Assembly: GCA_937625935.1 (NCBI GenBank)
Contig: OW569393.1
Location: 1-64,000, forward strand
Length of the DNA stretch: 64,000 bases
Direction: 5' to 3'
DNA from: Tetramitus jugosus
Lineage: Eukaryota > Protista > Heterolobosea
Both the position numbers and the translations under genes were made by a program. Positions within the stretch are counted from its first letter, which is position 1. The number at the start of each line of letters is the position of its first letter. Shown one piece after another: positions 46,715-57,900 of the stretch. The notes under the pieces were generated by a model. It had not been told where the DNA came from and made no database searches. It saw nothing but the letters and a program-made list of their open reading frames with translations.

Positions 46715-48358
46715 ATGGGTCAATCACTCGGAAGAAAGAGAAAATCAAGGAAAAATTCTCCAACAACAACCACTCCTACTGAGCAACAATCTACTGCATC
46801 TTCTTCAACAGCACCTACTACCACTGTAGATACTACTGCTGCTGTTGCTACTACTACCACTGTAGAGACCAACACTTCAACAACAACAACAACTGCAGTT
46901 GAACAACCATCATCAACTACTACTACTGTTGTTGAACAACAACCATCCACAACAACAACAACAACTGAGGCATCATCATCATCATCTCAAGTTGTTGATG
47001 TTGCACCAACAACAACAACAACAAGTGAAGAAAAAGTTGTTGTTGTTGAAGAACAAAAGACTGTTGAACCAGTAGTTGCCATCGAAGCTGTTGTTACTAC
47101 TCCTGTTGCTGTTGCTGCTGCTGTAGAAGTAGTAGAAGTAGTAGAAGTAGCTCCTGTTCAACAAGAACAAGTTGTTGATGAGCAACCAACTCCAACTGCA
47201 CAAGCACCAGTTGAACAAGAACCACAAGAAGAAAAGATTGTTGAACAACCACCAGTTGAACAAGAACAAGAGACTGTTGCTGTTGCTACTCCTGTTGCTA
47301 TGGTTGTTGAATCCACTCCAACAACAACACAAGAAGAAGAAGAAATTAAGCCAACTACTGAAGCTCCACAACAACAAGAAGAAGAAGCTCCACAAGAAGA
47401 AGAACAAACAGAATTCAATGGATCATTGACTTTTTCTGTGTCAAGTCATTTGCACAAGTACATTGTTGGACCCAAGGGTGCCACCATCAAGGGCATTCAA
47501 CAAGGCTCTGGTGATGAAAAATTGAGAATTGACTTGAACAGTGAAGAAAATCAAGTCACTATTACAAGCAACGACAATAAGGCCATTTTGTCTGCAAAGC
47601 ATCAAATTGAACAAGTGATTGCTCCACACAAGGACAAGTTAAATGTCGATGCAATGAAGGAGAGCAAGGACTACAAGGTACCTAGTGCACTTCACAAGTA
47701 CATTTTGGGTGATAAGGGAAGCACATTAAAGTCGATTCAATCAGAAGCACAGTGTAATCTGACATTGAATGAAAATGATAGCATTACAATCAAGAGTACG
47801 TCTCAAGAACTGATTGAAAAGGCTTTCCAATTGGTTGTGGCAACATTGGAAAAGTTTTGGTGGTACTATGATGCTTCCACTGAGATTTTCACAGAGAATA
47901 CATTGACTGATAGATTGTTCAAGCAATATAGAACAAAGGTGAGTGAACAGCATGAACTCATGACAGAGTGCTATGAGAAATCAAAGCAAGCGTTCGATGA
48001 AGGAAGAAAGGACGAAGCCAAGGAATTGAGTGAACAAGGAAAGAAGCACAAGGAACTCAAGGAACAGTATTCAAAGGAAGCTGCTTTGGCAATCTTTGAA
48101 GAGATGAACAAGGACAAGGGTGAAGATTCAATTGATTTGCATGGACTCTTGGTCAGTGAAGCACTTGAATTTGTTGAACAACGTATTCAAAAGCTCACCG
48201 AATCCAAGAGCATCAACATCTTGAATGTGATTACCGGTGCTGGTAATCACAGTGAAGCAGAGGCAAAGATTAAGCCAATGATTGCAAAGATGTTGGACGA
48301 AAAATCGTTAAAGTACGAGAAGGGTAATGAAGGTGTGTTCATTGTCACACTCTTCTAA
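46715..48358 (+). CDS. KH x2 + DUF1771-like + Smr domain protein with a low-complexity T/E/V-rich N-terminus
   Basis: HKYIVGPKGATIK and HKYILGDKGSTLK (KH GxxG); IDLHGLLVSEA...VITGAGNHS (Smr); MG start. Confidence 0.9.
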   Translation: MGQSLGRKRKSRKNSPTTTTPTEQQSTASSSTAPTTTVDTTAAVATTTTVETNTSTTTTTAVEQPSSTTTTVVEQQPSTTTTTTEASSSSSQVVDVAPTTTTTSEEKVVVVEEQKTVEPVVAIEAVVTTPVAVAAAVEVVEVVEVAPVQQEQVVDEQPTPTAQAPVEQEPQEEKIVEQPPVEQEQETVAVATPVAMVVESTPTTTQEEEEIKPTTEAPQQQEEEAPQEEEQTEFNGSLTFSVSSHLHKYIVGPKGATIKGIQQGSGDEKLRIDLNSEENQVTITSNDNKAILSAKHQIEQVIAPHKDKLNVDAMKESKDYKVPSALHKYILGDKGSTLKSIQSEAQCNLTLNENDSITIKSTSQELIEKAFQLVVATLEKFWWYYDASTEIFTENTLTDRLFKQYRTKVSEQHELMTECYEKSKQAFDEGRKDEAKELSEQGKKHKELKEQYSKEAALAIFEEMNKDKGEDSIDLHGLLVSEALEFVEQRIQKLTESKSINILNVITGAGNHSEAEAKIKPMIAKMLDEKSLKYEKGNEGVFIVTLF

Positions 48359-49133
48359 AGTAGTCACACTTTGTCCAGATTTATTCCTTCATTCGAAAAA
48401 ACACTAGCCATTTTTGTTGAGATGGCAACACAAAGACAACGGCCAAACGTGAATCAGCATATGATGAACATTTTACCACCAATTATTAACTTAATTGTTT
48501 CCATTTGACAAAGGTGATGCCTTCCTATAAATTAACTTATTATTTTTTCAATTATAGCTATCCTCATACGTCATCAGAGACTCTTTTCTTTGGTCCTGAC
48601 TCGGCATTGTCAGACTCATCTCTGTGGACTTCTGCAGAACGAATAGTTATTACTTTTCGACTGGAATAAAACCAAAGAATGTCCAATGGGTTCATCTCGT
48701 ACTGGGAAGAAAGTGTTTGTTTGTTCAGCCAGTGGGTTTTAAAGGCGAGCCTGTACCAGATGTAGTGGATTGTTTTCTGGATGGTCTAGCAGAATTTGAC
48801 GACTACATTCCTTCGGAAGTAACATGGTATCATCTGCCACCACGCAGTTTTATAGTAACCAACGAGCGAGAGGAGGTAGTGTTATCTCAAGAATTGAAAA
48901 TTTCGACTTTTGGTTCTATGGGTGACTTACTGGAACATGTTTGTAAAGAGACAAGTATTGAATTGATGATCGATGTTTTCAATTCCTTGAAAGAAGAAGT
49001 GTTTTATCGTGGTCAATACTACACTATCTCCCGAACGGTAACTTTTTAACCGCCAACTAGTTTCTTTTACACGTGGAAGAGCAAAGACAAAAAAAAATTA
49101 ACCTAAGTATTTAGTTAGTACAAGCACCAAAGA

Positions 49134-49610
49134 ATGGACATCTTCTTCGATTACAATTTAGCAGTGAAGATGATGATGTTATCGTGTATAGAATCAACCA
49201 TCCAAGGACAGAAGGAAAGAGAGAAGAAGGAACAAGAGAACAAAAGGCAAGATCAAGAGGTAACCAAACAAGAGGTTCAAAAAAGTTCAAGGCGTAGGAT
49301 TGAGTTCCAGATGTTTGTAGGCAACAATAAAACAACTCTCCAAGACTACCTTGAAACAGGTAGACTCAAAGGACTGTCAGACACTAGCGAAGAATCAACC
49401 CCAAAAGAAGATTTTCAACATGGAAGCTCCTCTAATGGTCAATCTTCATCCTCTAAGAGCGGTCCTTCACCTAGTCAAGACAACAGAGAAGGATCCAGAG
49501 GGAGAAAAAGAAAAGGAAAGAGAGGTAAAGGAAAAGGTAGAAGAAACTCGAACAAGAAGGATAGACGCCCTTCCGGTGAGGAACGAGAGAGAAAGAGACC
49601 ACGTACATAA
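49134..49610 (+). CDS. Hypothetical basic low-complexity protein
   Basis: 158-aa ATG ORF with a K/R-rich tail. Confidence 0.45.
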   Translation: MDIFFDYNLAVKMMMLSCIESTIQGQKEREKKEQENKRQDQEVTKQEVQKSSRRRIEFQMFVGNNKTTLQDYLETGRLKGLSDTSEESTPKEDFQHGSSSNGQSSSSKSGPSPSQDNREGSRGRKRKGKRGKGKGRRNSNKKDRRPSGEERERKRPRT

Positions 49611-49738
49611 TTCACTCCTTGTCTTAGAACTTGTGGGGTCATAAACATAAGCGCAGTTACTATTTTCTCCCGCCAAATTTTTACCGCGCTATTTCTGAAA
49701 AAATTGAACGTTGTTCTCTCGAGACCTCACACAACCAA

Positions 49739-51196
49739 ATGGCCATGGAACAACTGAGAAGCAAGTTTCTTCAATTGTCGAATGATTATGACTACTGTTC
49801 CATCAACTGGTTCGAGTACTACTCTCATCCGGAGAGAGTACTCCCAGAGCCTCTCGGAACCAGTCGTCCCACGACGACCGAACAACGACATTACATGAAC
49901 ACGAGTAGTGACACCACTACTCGCTTCTCTACTGGCAATAGAAGAAGTAGTAGTAGTAGTCATACTCCTCCGAGCGGTAGAACAAGTAGTAGTATTCGGA
50001 GAAACATAATGGAAGATGATGAAGATGATGCTCTCATGGGAACACCAGTGTCACATGAAAAGAAGAATGTGAGTCGTTATTCTACTCCAAATGAAGCATG
50101 TAGTGATGATGATGATGATGAAGAAGCAGAGTATGTGTTTGGTCAAGAGACGGACACCTCGGTCTCCAAAACAAGAAACAGTCCTCGTGTTCAAATTGTA
50201 AGTGATGATGAAGAAGAGGAAGAAGAGTATGACAAGAATAATATTGAATCGGAAGAATATAGTGATGATGGTTATGACGATGATGAGGAAGATGAAATAA
50301 CTGATGAGCCAACGTCGAGTGATGATGATGATGATGAAGAAGAAGCAGGTTCAGTCACTCGTAACAAGAAAAGCACTGCGATTGCCATTACAGAACTGAC
50401 ACCTAGACAGTTTGCTCAACAAAGAGATCAATTGCTTCTCATGTATTATGAAGAATTTAATCGAGCTATATTTCATAATAAGCTTCCTTCGATGAAACTC
50501 ATACCCATTTCAAAGCAGAAGAATACTAACAAGCCAATGTTGGATGCACAAGATGTGGAAGAAGTGACATCCAATTTACCTGAGCCATACATCAAGTGGA
50601 ACAAGACACTGAGGAAAACAGCAGGCATAACAAAAATGTTTCGAAAGGTTAACAGTGATCAAGTGAGTGTTGCAATTGAAATATCTGTCAAGGTGTGTGA
50701 CGGAGTAGATCGGTTGCGCAAGACGCTTGCACATGAGATGTGTCACGTTGCTACGTTCTGGCTTCATCGAATCAGAGGTCACGGAAACTGTTTCTTTCAG
50801 TATGGAAAACTTGTGACATCAAAGTACCCACAAATTCCTGTGACAACCTGTCATTCATATGCGATCCAATACAAGTACCACTATCAATGTAAAAACTGTG
50901 GTACTGTAGTGAAGAGACATTCTAAATCACTAAAGACTGAGACCTTTTCATGCAAGATGTGTGCTCGGTCTGGCATGTACCATCAAATTCCAACATCAAG
51001 CAACCATGCAAGTGAGACTCGAGCACCCTCTCAATACAACTTGTATGTGAAGCAAAACTATCAGCGGTTGAAGAATCAATATCCGCAACAGAATCATCGA
51101 CAAATTATGAAACTGCTGGGAGAACAATATAAGAATTGTCCACCGGTAATCTCATCGAATTCGACCTCGACATGTCCTGTCACTATTTTGGACTAA
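49739..51196 (+). CDS. GCNA/ACRC-like SprT metalloprotease (acidic IDR, SprT, zinc finger, HMG-like tail)
   Basis: D/E-rich region; WNKTLRKTAG; TLAHEMCH; HG..F; CKNC...CKMC; YNLYVKQNY..LK HMG-like. Confidence 0.88.
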   Translation: MAMEQLRSKFLQLSNDYDYCSINWFEYYSHPERVLPEPLGTSRPTTTEQRHYMNTSSDTTTRFSTGNRRSSSSSHTPPSGRTSSSIRRNIMEDDEDDALMGTPVSHEKKNVSRYSTPNEACSDDDDDEEAEYVFGQETDTSVSKTRNSPRVQIVSDDEEEEEEYDKNNIESEEYSDDGYDDDEEDEITDEPTSSDDDDDEEEAGSVTRNKKSTAIAITELTPRQFAQQRDQLLLMYYEEFNRAIFHNKLPSMKLIPISKQKNTNKPMLDAQDVEEVTSNLPEPYIKWNKTLRKTAGITKMFRKVNSDQVSVAIEISVKVCDGVDRLRKTLAHEMCHVATFWLHRIRGHGNCFFQYGKLVTSKYPQIPVTTCHSYAIQYKYHYQCKNCGTVVKRHSKSLKTETFSCKMCARSGMYHQIPTSSNHASETRAPSQYNLYVKQNYQRLKNQYPQQNHRQIMKLLGEQYKNCPPVISSNSTSTCPVTILD

Positions 51197-51224
51197 ATAC
51201 ATAATTTATTGACAACTTGGAATA

Positions 51225-54200
51225 TTATGGCTGCCATCTTCTTTGCCAACCTCTTCCATTATCTTCTTCCTCTCCTTTCCTGGCTCTCTCTGCCAAGAAC
51301 TTTTGAACAATCTGTTTTAATTCACTGTCCATGAGGACCAGGGGTGATCTGCCTGCAGAATCCAGAATTTCAGTGCTGGCTCCCAAAATGAGAAGATAGG
51401 ACAGAAGGGAATGAATACGATTCCTTCCAGAATAGTGGAGGCAGGTTCTGCCACTCTTGTCCTGGATGTTGATGAACTCGGTCAATTCTTTCATATTGAG
51501 ATGATCAAGAGAAGGAAGGGCAGTAGGTTCAAACTTGTTTGTTCGTATTGGTGCATCATCGAGCTCGAATCGACTAACAAGGGAGAAAAGAATAGTGGAT
51601 GTGGAGCGCTGACGACTTCGGTTTGTCAATAAGTGGAGGAGAGTATTTCCTGTCAAGGGATCAACAGCTCTCACAGCACGATCCAACAATGGATCGTCAC
51701 TGTAATGTTGAACGAGCCAACTGAATATGGATTCAGCTCTCTCGTACACTATCAGCTGTAACGTGCTCAACCTCGATCCATCAACTAGATCAGATGGTGA
51801 TTCTGCGAAAAGCTCAAGCCATGATGGATTTGGTTGTTTCGCTTCAGTCTGAACCATAAGATAAAGGATGTTGCTCTCAAGTTCTAAATTGACACAGCTT
51901 TGAGGCAAACCCTTTCGAATACTTCGATGTAATTGAGCCTTGGTTGGGAATATAGCATGGTCCTTGACTGCTGAAACGACGAATTGATGATGATTGCTTT
52001 CTAAAGCGATTTTAACTGGACAATCAAACTGTGCTGCGACAGGCTTCATGAACGGCCAGAGCATCGAAAATACTTCATAACGATTCAATCTACACGCAAT
52101 CAAAGCAGCATTTGTTGGTTTTTGTCCAACAACTGCGCCATTATTTTCCAATGGCTGATTAATCAATTGATTCAACTCCTCCTGATTTGGATATCTTTCT
52201 TTCCAATGATTGATAACACATTGACAGAGAGATGCACCCCTTTCGACAGCAATGTGCAAAAGATTTGGTTTGGTTGCTTGTGTTTCATCTCTGATCAGAA
52301 CATTGTCAGTGTAAGTCATCAATCTGTCAAACAGTGGAATGTCCAAGATCATATCCAATGCAAGATACAAGACAGGAATGGGAGCAATCACATTGGGACC
52401 CTTGCTTGCAAACACTGGCTTATTGGCAATGACACTCAAATCAATAGATAATTCTTCCATCAAAAACAAACCACGACGTGCTCCGAGCAAGAGTTGAAGT
52501 GGACTAACACCACGAATACCTCTAAAAGACTCTGCCTTTGAATCTTCGCTTGATACTTCAGATCGCTCATGCAGCATTTCAGGATAATGCTCAAGACAAA
52601 GTTGTGCGCAATGTTTTGCCACAGGATAAATGCCGAGTAGGGATGTCCTCCCTTCTCTTTCTCCCCTATAACTTACCAGCTCAACCATCTTCTGAACAAG
52701 ATAATGCAAAGCATTCAATCCATACTTCATCCTGGGAGCCAAGAGCTTTGATAATGGTTCGGAGGAAATGGATGGTGTTTGAATAATGGTGTTAATCAGT
52801 TGGTAATTCTTGTTTCGAAGTGCAAATGTCACAACCGTTTCCCCTTCAGTGCTCTCAATATCAAACTGGGCGCCAGCTTTGATCAATTCGACAGCATATC
52901 CGTCAATAAAATCTGCTTGATTGTAGCAGATCCGAGGCCATCTCTGCTCTGATGTCCTTCCTGATAGGGAAAACAATACATTTTCTCCTTTGTCATTCAA
53001 TATATTTGCATCAAAACCATTGTGTATCAACCAATGAGCAGTTGCTTGATCCCCATACTTCACAGCAGCATGAAGTAAGGTACCACACGATGTTTTATAA
53101 TCTGTAAGTGCCTGATTCTTGAAGCAAGGGAACTTGGCAACTTCACCCAAGAACGAGGCTCGAAGACAAATTGGAGGTCTACTTAGGTAAATTAGTTCGA
53201 TGGGAGTTTGTCCCTGTTCGTTTCTTTCGAACAATAAGCTGTCAGGAACCAACGAAAGAAGATATTCCACTAAATCGATGCTCACAATCCTGCAAGCTGA
53301 GTGAAGAATATTGTTTCCCTCTTTGTCCACTTGTGTGAGAGAAGCTCCTGCTGTTACCAAGCATTTGATATCTTCTAAACAATCTCTTTCTGCTGAATTA
53401 TGTTGACTATTGAGGAACAGTTGGATGATTTGAAGATCTTTTTGGTCACCATTGATGATTCCATCCAAATCTCCCAAACTGATCAACTCAGGCTTCAGAG
53501 TCAACAAATATCTTATCAAGTCAGTTCGTGCTCCACAGTGCGGAAGATTGATGATTGTCTCCACAAGATAATTTCGAACACCATTGACAGTCATGGAAGG
53601 ATAGTACGTCTCTATCACTGTCTTCGTCAAGTTAAACATTTGGCCATCCGAACATCTGGTGATCAAGTGACCGAGGAGTGTTGATGATGGCTGCACCTTT
53701 CCAACAGAAACTGTACTGTCAATGTTGAAGACCAATTCAGGATATTTCATTCTGCTTGGGTCTGTGAGCAACTCAAGTGTCCTGAGCAACAGTTCATTCC
53801 TGATGTTATAAAAAGTACGCACATCAAACTTTGTCTGTGGAGCACGTAGAATAATCGCATTGGTGCCTTCTTGTGCACCCAGGGATAGCAGTGGTTGGAA
53901 AATAGGATACTCATGCACAACAATATCAACTACTGCTTCTGTGATCTCATGAGTCTTTCTGCTCAGGTTCATCATGCGAGACAATGCGACTCCTTCCTTC
54001 TTTGACATGTAAGTCAAATAGGAATCAACTGGAATAGTCGGTGGATAATTATCACCATGATATGATGGATCTACTACTGACGCTTCAAAGTTCAAATACA
54101 TCTCCTGCAAAGATTTCCAATCATTGGTACCAAAAAAATCCTGATTCCAGAATATACAAGTCAACGAAAGGGATTGAACATCCACATGTGGATGTGTTGT

Positions 54201-54845
54201 TGAAAAATCTAGGAGAGGTGTGGATTCTCTGATTAATTGTCGTCCCTTGTTCGAAAACATCTTTAACCTCGCCAACGTATCAGGAGTGCCTCCCAACAGA
54301 ACACCAATAAAGTTGAGACTCTTGATTGAACTTGGCAATGAACGTGCAATTGAGTCTAATAGATAATGCCCTATCACAATTTCTGCAGGATAGGAGTTGG
54401 GATTCACAGTGCCCAAAATATCCAATGTTTCCAGTTGAGTCAACTTTGGCAACATTGTATTCACACATTGATTGAAATGAAATGGACGGAGAGAACCAAT
54501 GCTTAATCGAAGATGTTTCACATTGGGAAACATATTGGCCAAGAACTCAAACAAATGAGTCTTGTCATCATCAAAGTCAGAGGACACAATCGACTTTAAT
54601 CGAACTAATGTCTCTCCACCATTATTGTCCGATCTGAAATAATACTTTGGTCTGCCATCATCCACCAGACTCAAATATTCCACCGCACCATAGATTTGAT
54701 CTTGAAACTCAATGAGCCACTGAGAGCACACTGACCTCAAAATGAAATAAAAGGGAAAAGCCGGGATGAATGACATGATCAAATGGAACATCTCCCTGGG
54801 AATGACAAGTTGTCCAGTGCTGCACACGACAAAAAACTCTGTCAT
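51225..54845 (-). CDS. F-box plus ankyrin-repeat protein (paralogue 1)
   Basis: IPREMFHLIMSFIP...LRSVCSQW F-box; GNNILHSAC, TLLHAAVKYG, GNTLLHL and GRTCLHY ankyrin repeats. Confidence 0.88.
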   Translation of the reverse strand: MTEFFVVCSTGQLVIPREMFHLIMSFIPAFPFYFILRSVCSQWLIEFQDQIYGAVEYLSLVDDGRPKYYFRSDNNGGETLVRLKSIVSSDFDDDKTHLFEFLANMFPNVKHLRLSIGSLRPFHFNQCVNTMLPKLTQLETLDILGTVNPNSYPAEIVIGHYLLDSIARSLPSSIKSLNFIGVLLGGTPDTLARLKMFSNKGRQLIRESTPLLDFSTTHPHVDVQSLSLTCIFWNQDFFGTNDWKSLQEMYLNFEASVVDPSYHGDNYPPTIPVDSYLTYMSKKEGVALSRMMNLSRKTHEITEAVVDIVVHEYPIFQPLLSLGAQEGTNAIILRAPQTKFDVRTFYNIRNELLLRTLELLTDPSRMKYPELVFNIDSTVSVGKVQPSSTLLGHLITRCSDGQMFNLTKTVIETYYPSMTVNGVRNYLVETIINLPHCGARTDLIRYLLTLKPELISLGDLDGIINGDQKDLQIIQLFLNSQHNSAERDCLEDIKCLVTAGASLTQVDKEGNNILHSACRIVSIDLVEYLLSLVPDSLLFERNEQGQTPIELIYLSRPPICLRASFLGEVAKFPCFKNQALTDYKTSCGTLLHAAVKYGDQATAHWLIHNGFDANILNDKGENVLFSLSGRTSEQRWPRICYNQADFIDGYAVELIKAGAQFDIESTEGETVVTFALRNKNYQLINTIIQTPSISSEPLSKLLAPRMKYGLNALHYLVQKMVELVSYRGEREGRTSLLGIYPVAKHCAQLCLEHYPEMLHERSEVSSEDSKAESFRGIRGVSPLQLLLGARRGLFLMEELSIDLSVIANKPVFASKGPNVIAPIPVLYLALDMILDIPLFDRLMTYTDNVLIRDETQATKPNLLHIAVERGASLCQCVINHWKERYPNQEELNQLINQPLENNGAVVGQKPTNAALIACRLNRYEVFSMLWPFMKPVAAQFDCPVKIALESNHHQFVVSAVKDHAIFPTKAQLHRSIRKGLPQSCVNLELESNILYLMVQTEAKQPNPSWLELFAESPSDLVDGSRLSTLQLIVYERAESIFSWLVQHYSDDPLLDRAVRAVDPLTGNTLLHLLTNRSRQRSTSTILFSLVSRFELDDAPIRTNKFEPTALPSLDHLNMKELTEFINIQDKSGRTCLHYSGRNRIHSLLSYLLILGASTEILDSAGRSPLVLMDSELKQIVQKFLAERARKGEEEDNGRGWQRRWQP

Positions 54846-54987
54846 TTTGCTGCTTTTCAAGAACTGACTGTTTGGAACAAAATCGAAGCATTATTCCCGC
54901 CAAAATTTTGGTGCCTGCAGTTTTCTATCACTACGGTATGCCGGCAGCGTACAAAAAAGAGACAAGGGATAACGTGTAAAAGTTTTC

Positions 54988-57900
54988 TTAGATGATTCTT
55001 CTTCGTCGTTTTCTTCTGTCGTCATCAGTGTCACTGTCACTACCTTCATCAGAATTTTCTTCGTTGACCTCTTCCATGATCTTTCTTTTCTTTCCTGACT
55101 TGTCGATGCCTCGCATGTCCAAAACTTCTTCAACAATCTGTCTTGATGTATCACTCATGAGTTCCAAGGGTGTGTTGCCATTGTCGTCCTGAATTTCAAT
55201 ACTTGCCCCCAAAACGAGAAGATGACGAAGAAGAGAACACACACGGTTCACTGCAGCATCGTGGAGACAGGTTCGACCAATCTTATTCCGGATGTTGATG
55301 AACTCTGTCAATTCTTTCATGTTGAGATGATCAGGAGAAGGAAGGGCAGTAGGTTCGAACTGTTTTGTTCGTTTTGATGCATTATCGAGCTCAAATCGAC
55401 TAACAAGGGCGAATAAAAGAGGAGATGGGTCGGTCTGGTGTCTGTTTGTGAGTAAGTGCAAAAGAGTATTTCCTGTCAAGGGATCAACAGCTCTCACAGC
55501 ACGATCCAACAATGGATCGTCACTGTAATGTTGAACGAGCCAACTGAACATGGAAGCAGCTCCCCGTGACGCAAGTAGTTGTACAGTGTTCAAGTGCTTG
55601 ATATGATCAGATTCTTCTGGATCAATTTCCCCGGATGGCGTTTGCATGAGAAGCTCAAGCCATGATGGATTTGGCAGTTTTTCTTCAGTTTGAATCATCA
55701 GAGAAACAAACTTGCTCTCATGTTCTGAACTGTCCGAGTACTCAACCAAACTCTGTCGAATAATTTGATGTAATTGGGTCTTGGATGGGACTATCGAGTC
55801 AAAAACGACTGCACTGAATGCGAAACGATAATATTCGTTTTCTAAAGCGATTTTAACTGGACAATCAAACTGTGCTGCAACAGGCTTCATGAATGGCCAC
55901 AGTATCGAAAATACCTCATAATCACTCAATCTACATGCAATCAAAGCAGCATTTGTTGGTTTTTGTCCACCAGCACCAGTATTTTCCAATGGCTGATTAA
56001 TCAATTGATTCAACTCCTCCTGATTTGGATATCTTTCTTTCCAATGATTGATAACGTATTGACAGAGAGATGCACCCCTTTCGACAGCAATGTGCAAAAG
56101 ATTTGGTTTGGTTGCTTGTGTTTCATCTCTGATCAGAACATTGTCAGTGTAAGTCATCAATCTGTCAAACAGTGGAATGTTCAATGCCACTTCCAATGCA
56201 AGATACAAGACAGGAATGGGAGCAATCACATTGGGATCCTTGCTTGCAAACACTGGCTTATTGGCAATGACACTCAAATCAATAGATAACTCTTCCATCA
56301 AAAACAAACCACGACGTGCTCCAAGCAAGATTTGAAGTGGACTAACACCACGAATACCTCTAAAAGACTCTGCGTTTGAATCCTCGCTTGATACTTCAGA
56401 TCGCTCATGCAGCATTTCAGGATAATGCTCAAGACAAAGTTGTGCGCAATGTTTTGCCACAGGATAATCACCCAGGTGTAATGTTCTTCTCTCTTTGTCC
56501 ATGTCTTGCATGGACTTGACGATATCAACCATCTTCTGAACAAGATAATGCAAAGCATTCAATCCATACTTCATCCTGGGAGCCAAGAGCTTTGATAATG
56601 GCTCGGAGGAAATGGATGGTGTTTGAATAATGGTGTTAATCAGTTGGTAATTCTTGTTTCGAAGTACGGATGTAATAACAGTTTCTCCCTCGTTATTCTC
56701 ATGACCAACTTGTGCTCCTGCTTTTATCAATTCGAAAGCATATCGATCCACAAAATCTGCTTGATTGGTGCCGGTCCAATGATAGTGCTTTTCTTTTGAG
56801 AAGGAATAGAACAACGCGTTCTCTCCATTCTCATTCAATGCATTTGCATCAAACCCATTTTCGATCGACCATCGAATGGTTGTTCTATCCCCGTGTTTCA
56901 TAGCTGCATGAAGTAAGGTACCACACGATGTTTTATAATCTGTAAGTGCCTGATTCTTGAAGCAAGGGAACTTGGCAACTTCATCCAAAAACGATGGTCG
57001 ACGATAGATCGAACACTTACCGAGGTAAATTTGTTCGATGGGAGTTTGTCCCTGTTTGTTTCTTTCGAACAATAAGCTGTCAGGAACCAACGAAAGAAGA
57101 TATTCCACTAAATCGATGCTCACAATCCTGCAAGCTGAGTGCAGAATATTGTTTCCCTCCCTGTCCACTTGTGTGAGAGAAGCTCCTGCTGTTACCAAGT
57201 ATTTGATGTCCTCCAATATTTCTTCTTCTGCTAAGTCAAACCGATGTTTAAGGAATAGTTGGATGATTTGAAGATCTTTTTGGTCACCATTGATGATTCC
57301 ATCCAAATCTCCCAGACTGATCAACTCAGGCTTCAGAGTCAACAAATATCTCATCAAGTCAGTTCGTGCTCCACAGTGCGGAAGATCGACGATTGTCTCC
57401 ACAAGATAATTTCGAACACCATTGACGGTCATGGAAGGATAGTAAGTGTCTATGACCCTCTTTGTCAAGTTCAACATTCGATCATTATCCTTAACTGAAC
57501 ATCTGGTGATCAAGAAACTGAGAAGAGTAATCGGAGTTGAATTCACTGTTCCAACAGAAACTGTACTGTCAATATTGAAGACCAATTCAGGATATTTCAT
57601 TCTGCTTGGGTCTGTGAGCAACTCAAGTGTCCTGAGTAACAATCCATTGTCAGTTTTAACAACATCTTGCAAGTCCCATTTTGTCTGTGGAATGCTTTGA
57701 ATCATCGCATTTTTGCATCCTGCTGCAGCCAGAGACAGCAGTGGTTGGAAATAAGGATATTCTCGCACGACTGTATCGATTGTTGCTTCCACTATTTCAT
57801 CAGTGTCCCTTCTCAAATCTTTCATGTACGACAATACAACTCCTTCCTTCTTTGACATGTAAGTCAAATAGGAAACAGGCGAGAGATTCAGTGGATAATC

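Noticed and set aside
46720-47429. Hydrophobic and Cys-rich antisense ORFs and ACA/GTT microsatellite-like runs
   Set aside because: By-products of the low-complexity N-terminus of the KH-Smr gene
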